DNA of 64,000 nt, taken from positions 1,024,001 to 1,088,000 of the forward strand of contig CAWAUV010000007.1 in NCBI GenBank assembly GCA_963785305.1, given 5' to 3'. The first letter of the stretch is position 1. Each line of letters opens with the position of its first letter. The translations under genes and the position numbers were made by a program. The notes beneath the pieces were generated by a model that was given only the letters and a program-made list of their open reading frames with translations, was not told where the DNA came from and ran no database searches. This document shows positions 58,981 through 64,000 of the stretch, piece after piece. This DNA is from an uncultured Planctomycetaceae bacterium. GTDB lineage: Bacteria; Planctomycetota; Planctomycetia; Pirellulales; PALSA-1355.

Positions 58981-59205
58981 GCCAGGGCGTCGAGGCGCCC
59001 GGGCCGGCAAGCGGGCCGAGCGAACGGATGCCGACGGGTTTATTGCCTGCTGGTTTGGTCGAGTGGATGGGGAAATTTGCGTGTGGAAAGCGTGGTCGGG
59101 AATAAAACGGCCGCGCATTGCGATATTACGATAGGTCCCAGGGCGGATTCGTCACTCATCTCACGAGTGGGCCGCCGATTCGAGGCATTAGCCGGGAGAG
59201 GTTCC

Positions 59206-60492
59206 ATGGATTTTTCTTGCGTCCCCGCGGGGATGACCCGCCGTCACTTCATGCAGCACATGGCCGGGGCATCGGCGTTGGCCCTTCCGGCGATCAATTT
59301 CACCAACGCGCTGGCGGCCAGCAGCGGTGAAATGAAAAAGAACCACAAGGCGGCGATCCTCCTGTGGATGGGTGGCGGGCCGGCCACGATCGACATTTGG
59401 GACCTCAAGCCAGGCGCTCCGACCGGTGGTCCCTTCAAGGCGATTTCCACCAGCGGCGATGTGCAAATCTCGGAGCACATGCCGCTCATGGCCAAGCAGA
59501 TGAAGAACATGGCCATCATTCGCTCGATGAGCACCCGCGAGGCCGATCACGCCCGCGGCCGTTACTACATGCACACCGGCTATGTGCCGAATCCGAACAT
59601 CGAACATCCGAGCTATGGCTCCGTGATTAGCCACGAGCTCTACCGGCCGGACTCGGGCCTCGAAATTCCGCCGTTCGTGGCCGTGGGCGGCGGGAGTGTC
59701 GGCCCCGGCTTCTTGGGCATGCAATACGCTCCGTTTGTCGTCGGTTCGAACGGCGATGTGCGGAACCTGAAAATGGACCTGGATCAAGACCGACTGATGC
59801 AGCGCATGCAAATGTTGGCCACGGTCGAGCGCGGTTTCGCCGACTCGCACCGGGCCGACAAGAGCCGCAGCAGTTCGGCCGACGATCACGCCAAGGTGCT
59901 CGACAAGACCCTTTCGCTCATGACCAGCAAGCAAATGGAAGCTTTCAAGGTCAACAAGGAGCCGAAGGAAGTGCTCGAGAGATACGGCACGAGCGGTTTC
60001 GCCAAGGGCTGTCTCATGGCCCGGCGGCTGGTCGAGGCGGGTGTGTCGTTTGTCGAGGTTGATCTCGGCGGCTGGGATACCCATGCCAACAACTTCAAGA
60101 CGCTCGGCGACACCAAGTTGCCCGAGCTCGACAAGGCGATGTCGGCCCTGACCACCGAGCTCGAGGAGCGCGGCCTGCTCAAGGACACCGCCATCATTTG
60201 GATGGGCGAGTTCAGCCGCACCCCGCGCATCAATGGCAACGCCGGCCGCGACCACTGGGCTCGCAGTTGGAGCGTGGTCGTCGGCGGCGCCGGCATGAAG
60301 GGCGGCATCGCCGTGGGCAAGACCAGCTCCGACGGCACCAGTGTCGAGACCGAGCCCTACACCTCGCAAGACGTGATGGCTTCGGTGCTCAAGGCCCTGG
60401 GCGTGTCGCTCGAGACCACCTTCACTAGCAAGAATGGTCGCCCGATGAAAATCGCCAACAGCGGCAAGGTGATCAAGGAGCTCTTCGCTTAG
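59206..60492 (+). CDS. DUF1501 domain protein with Tat signal
   Basis: MTRRHFM, ILLWMGGGP, DIWDLKP, CLMARRLVEAGV, GWDTH, GEFSRTP, GRDHW. Confidence 0.93.
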   Translation: MDFSCVPAGMTRRHFMQHMAGASALALPAINFTNALAASSGEMKKNHKAAILLWMGGGPATIDIWDLKPGAPTGGPFKAISTSGDVQISEHMPLMAKQMKNMAIIRSMSTREADHARGRYYMHTGYVPNPNIEHPSYGSVISHELYRPDSGLEIPPFVAVGGGSVGPGFLGMQYAPFVVGSNGDVRNLKMDLDQDRLMQRMQMLATVERGFADSHRADKSRSSSADDHAKVLDKTLSLMTSKQMEAFKVNKEPKEVLERYGTSGFAKGCLMARRLVEAGVSFVEVDLGGWDTHANNFKTLGDTKLPELDKAMSALTTELEERGLLKDTAIIWMGEFSRTPRINGNAGRDHWARSWSVVVGGAGMKGGIAVGKTSSDGTSVETEPYTSQDVMASVLKALGVSLETTFTSKNGRPMKIANSGKVIKELFA

Positions 60493-60555
60493 AGCCAACT
60501 TCTCTGGCCCAGTATCGGCCAAGAGAAAATACACCTGCGATCGCTTCGACTTTCG

Positions 60556-60601
60556 GCGGCCGGGAGCATTTGCCAAAATGCTTCCGGCCGCTTTCGTTTT
60601 T
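60556..60601 (+). terminator. Intrinsic terminator after DUF1501 gene
   Basis: GCGGCCGGGAGCATTT/AAATGCTTCCGGCCGC stem, then TTTCGTTTTT. Confidence 0.65.
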
Positions 60602-60639
60602 CCGGGCCCCCTGGCTGGGTCCACAAGGTCCGCCGGTCT

Positions 60640-62049
60640 TTGACCCGCCCGTCCCGCACCGCAACTTTCGATCGGCGCGATCGCATGCACCGCACCCATC
60701 CTCCTCCGCCGATCGCCTCGCATGGGCTCGCCACGCTCGCGCGCTTGGTCTGGCCCGTGATGCTCGAGCAACTGCTCAACATGTTCGTCGGACTCTCCGA
60801 CACCTTCCTCGCCGGGCGATATCTAAGCCAAACACATTTGGCGGCGATGACGTCGATGTGCTACGTGATGTGGATGCTCTCGAGCGCTTTCGCCGTCATT
60901 GCCCTGGGGGTGGCGGCGCTGGTGGCTCGGTTTATCGGCGCCGGCGACACCGCCAGCGCCACCCGAGTCACGAATCAGGGCCTCGCCGCCGGCGCTCTCC
61001 TGTCGATTGTGCTCACGCTCGTGCTGTGGCCTTGGGATGGCTCGATCGTGGCGCTCATGCGGCTCGACGGGGATTCGGCCGTGTACTTCACGCGATTTCT
61101 TACACTGCTCGCGCCCGCGCTGCCGGCGATGATGGTCGAGCAAGTCGGCCTCGCGGCCTTGCGAGGAGCGGGCGACATGGTGGCCGGCCTCTGGACGATG
61201 GCCCTGGTCAACGCGGTGAACCTCGCGGTGAGCTGGCTGCTGCTTTCGGGCTTTGGCCCGATCGCGCCCCAAGGCTGGGACGCAATTGCGATTGGCGCCG
61301 CGAGCGGGCACTGCGCGGGCGCTCTGGCCACCCTGGCGCTCTTGGCCCGCGGCCGCGGCGGGCTGGGGCTCCGCCGCCGCGACTTCTGGCCCGACGGCGC
61401 CTTGCAGCGGCGAATCTTGCGCATCGGTGTGCCGGGCGGGCTCGATCTCCTCGGGCAATCGCTTTTGCAACTGTTTTTTCTGTCGCTCATCAACCGCCTG
61501 GGCGAGCAGGCCGCGGCCGCGCATGGAGTCGCCATTCGCATCGAGTCGCTTTCCTATCTGCCGGCCGTGGCCTTTCAAGTGGCCGCCGCCACGCTTGCCG
61601 GCCAGTATCTCGGCGCCCGCGATCCGGCCAGCGCCGCGCGGGAGCGTGCGCGCGGCCTGCGCGGCGGGCGTCGGCGTGATGTTCGTCGCGAGCGTGGGCA
61701 TCTACGGCGGGTCCAATTTTCTACCCAGCCTATGCGTGAGCGACGCCAATGTTGAAGTGAGCCGCCTTGCCGCTCCGCTCTTGCGGATCATCTCGTTCGC
61801 GCTCGTGCCGCTGGTGATTCTCAATGTGTTCAACGGCGCGCTGCGTGGGGCGGGCGACACTCGCTGGCCGCTGGCGATCATGCTCATCGGCTTTATCGGA
61901 GTGCGGATCCCGCTTGCCATTTGGCTCGTGTTCCACGCCGGTTTCGGCGTGGCCGTGCTTGGCACGCGATGGCAATCGACCTCTATATCCGCGCGCTGCT
62001 CATCTCCGCCCGCTTCCTGCAAGGCGGCTGGCTGCGAGTGCGAGTGTGA
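60640..62049 (+). CDS. MATE family efflux transporter (frameshifts ~61635, ~61955)
   Basis: LVWPVMLEQLL...DTFLAG, ALRGAGD twice, RIESLSYLP.AFQVAAATLAGQYLGA; start uncertain. Confidence 0.9.
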
Positions 62050-62147
62050 CTCATCGCCTCTCCCCCATATGGAAATGGGGAAGGCGGGGTTCGTCGAAGT
62101 TCTCGGTTGGGCCCTTATGCGTGGGCCATCGGCCGAGGGCGCTCCCC

Positions 62148-63323
62148 TCAATAGCGCATCACCTTGCGGCGCAAATGGAGTCCCCAGGCGATCAATGTCA
62201 CATTGCCCAGCCACACATAATACGGCGGCAACGTGCCTGACTTGCAGCGGTCGAGACCATACATCAGCAGGGGGTAATAGACCACGAGAATCAGGCCGAA
62301 GCAGGTGAAAAACGTGGCCAGGGCGTCGCCCGTGCGGCGGTGCATTGCCAGACACGAGCCCACGAGCGCGAAGCACAAGCAGCTAAACCCGTTGGCCCAT
62401 CGCCGGGGCACCTCGGTTTGCAAGCGATAAAGCTGCGACTTTTGCTCGTTGAGGTCGCGCTCGCGATTGGCCCAGTCGGGACTGCCCAGCGATGGAAAAT
62501 CGCCGGTGAGCATGCGGTATCCCATGTCGGCCGCCAGACGCTGCTCGCGGACCTCGATTTCATGCTGTTGCTTGACGATCGCGTCGGGCAGGGCCGCCAA
62601 AGCGGTGTGCGCTGCGGCCGGAGCGCCGTGGCCGCCGCCATCGAGCTGAATCTCGCGCTCGATCGTGTCGGGAAACTCGAGCGATGTGCCGCCGGCCTCG
62701 ACGGTTCCATCGTGGCACACGATCACGAGCACTCCGCTGCCCGGCTTCGATCGCAACTCGGCCTCTTGGCAGGTGATGGTCACCGGCGGGGAATCGCCAC
62801 CCGAGCGAAAGGTGAAGGTAGGTCGCAGGAGCGTGCGTCCCTCGACCCCGCGCACATTGACCGACAGCGCGCTTGACGAGAAACTGCCCTGCTTGCGAAG
62901 CATGCCATAGGCCACGTCCTCGAGCGAGTCGACCACCACCTGGCCCACGCCGTAATGTCCCCAAGTGACGCCCAGATCGTTGAGCCACACGGCGGTAAAG
63001 CTCAGCACCGCGCTGAGGATAAGCGTCGGCCAGAGAAAGACCATTGGATTGAGGCCCAGCGATTTGAGAGCCACGATCTCGTTGGCGCCCGCCATGCGTC
63101 CATAGACATTCGTCACGGCGAACAGCACCGTGCCGGGCATGGAATACATGAGCGCCACCGGCAGCATATAGGGAATCAGCCGAATGACATGCTGCACTCC
63201 CAAGCCCTGCTGGAGCGCCTCTTTGGCCATGCCCACCAGCATCATCAAACTGGTGAGCGAGATGAGCGACACCAGAAACACCTGGCCCACCTCGATCAGC
63301 ACGTAGCGCGTGAAGATGCGCAT
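62148..63323 (-). CDS. LptF/LptG family LPS export permease
   Basis: MRIFTRYVLIE, YGRMAGANEIVALKSLG, C-terminal CFALVG...WLGN TM set. Confidence 0.88.
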   Translation of the reverse strand: MRIFTRYVLIEVGQVFLVSLISLTSLMMLVGMAKEALQQGLGVQHVIRLIPYMLPVALMYSMPGTVLFAVTNVYGRMAGANEIVALKSLGLNPMVFLWPTLILSAVLSFTAVWLNDLGVTWGHYGVGQVVVDSLEDVAYGMLRKQGSFSSSALSVNVRGVEGRTLLRPTFTFRSGGDSPPVTITCQEAELRSKPGSGVLVIVCHDGTVEAGGTSLEFPDTIEREIQLDGGGHGAPAAAHTALAALPDAIVKQQHEIEVREQRLAADMGYRMLTGDFPSLGSPDWANRERDLNEQKSQLYRLQTEVPRRWANGFSCLCFALVGSCLAMHRRTGDALATFFTCFGLILVVYYPLLMYGLDRCKSGTLPPYYVWLGNVTLIAWGLHLRRKVMRY

Positions 63324-63913
63324 CAGCCGACGCCCCCCACGCTCGGCAACCGGCGACACGGCGCGGCCCCGCGGCAAGCGATGCGAACAACATTGCGTGG
63401 CTCACCAGCCATGCGTAAGCCTTCGTTAGGGGGCAGGCGCCTGCTCGAGCCATGCGAGGCGAGTCGCCGACGGGCAAGCGTTTCTCATTGTGGCGGGCGG
63501 GTTTGCAAAAACCGCGACAAAACCGAATCGACGCGGAAAGAAGCCCCGGGGCTTATACCGGCGCCTCGCCCGGCGAGTCAAGATCGCCGGCCATGAAAAC
63601 AAACGCCAGAGCGCCAATGGCGTCGAGCGACGCAAACACCCCCGCGATTCCCCCACGCGGGCGTGGCGTTCGGAAAAGCGAGAACAATTCCTTGAATCTC
63701 GGTTTTTTCCAAGATATCAAGGTGTTATGCGAGCGAGACCGGCGCCGTTCGGACGGCTCGCTGCCTGAGGTCACCCGGCGGCTTCGCCGGATTCGCGCGA
63801 AAATTCAAGAGTCGCGATGCGCTCCGCGCCCGGGTTTCCGCGCCGGCGGAGGACGATGCCCCCGGCGCCAAGTCCGTCGTGGCGCCCATTTTCGGACCGG
63901 CGCCGCGAATCAA

Positions 63914-63986
<73 letters not shown>

Positions 63987-64000
63987 GAAATCGGATGAAT

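Noticed and set aside
63324..63913. Genomic island integrated at the tRNA-Lys 3' end
   Set aside because: No integrase, no duplicated tRNA 3' fragment seen in the window, and the downstream genes are core.

Overview
High-GC bacterial chromosome segment, almost certainly from a planctomycete (Pirellulales/Planctomycetia-like). The assignment rests on a DUF1549/DUF1553 + DUF1501 pair, an LEPRxLL-type extracellular protease, a dockerin-like/PEP-CTERM cyclophilin, DUF1573, and GYF_2 and zinc-ribbon membrane proteins. About 45 genes, mostly core or ordinary: guaA, rnd, prkA-yeaH-spoVR, trmL, degP-like, glgX, thiL, tsaE, gltA, surA-like, mfd, HD-GYP, UbiD-like, MsbA-like ABC, MATE, lptF/G and tRNA-Lys(UUU). 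I see no prophage, CRISPR array, transposase or defence island. Roughly half the CDSs, including housekeeping ones, carry apparent 1-2 nt frameshifts. These look like long-read consensus errors and sit mostly at GCGC, hinting at a methylated GCGC motif. Best leads: (1) a heavy-metal cluster with a Cys-rich secreted protein, a double-HMA protein and a CusB-like adaptor with no CusA/CusC, sharing a thrice-repeated C-x(n)-LG[SA]M...VF[LV]CCxGC domain with a downstream lipoprotein; (2) a candidate multi-hairpin sRNA with GGA motifs and a terminator at ~56484-56740; (3) an unknown fourth gene coupled to prkA-yeaH-spoVR; (4) a tandem M14 peptidase pair, one copy lacking the HxxE zinc motif; (5) two clean sigma-54 promoters in front of secreted proteins; (6) short dispersed palindromic repeats. 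All functional calls come from motif recognition by eye; no searches were run.
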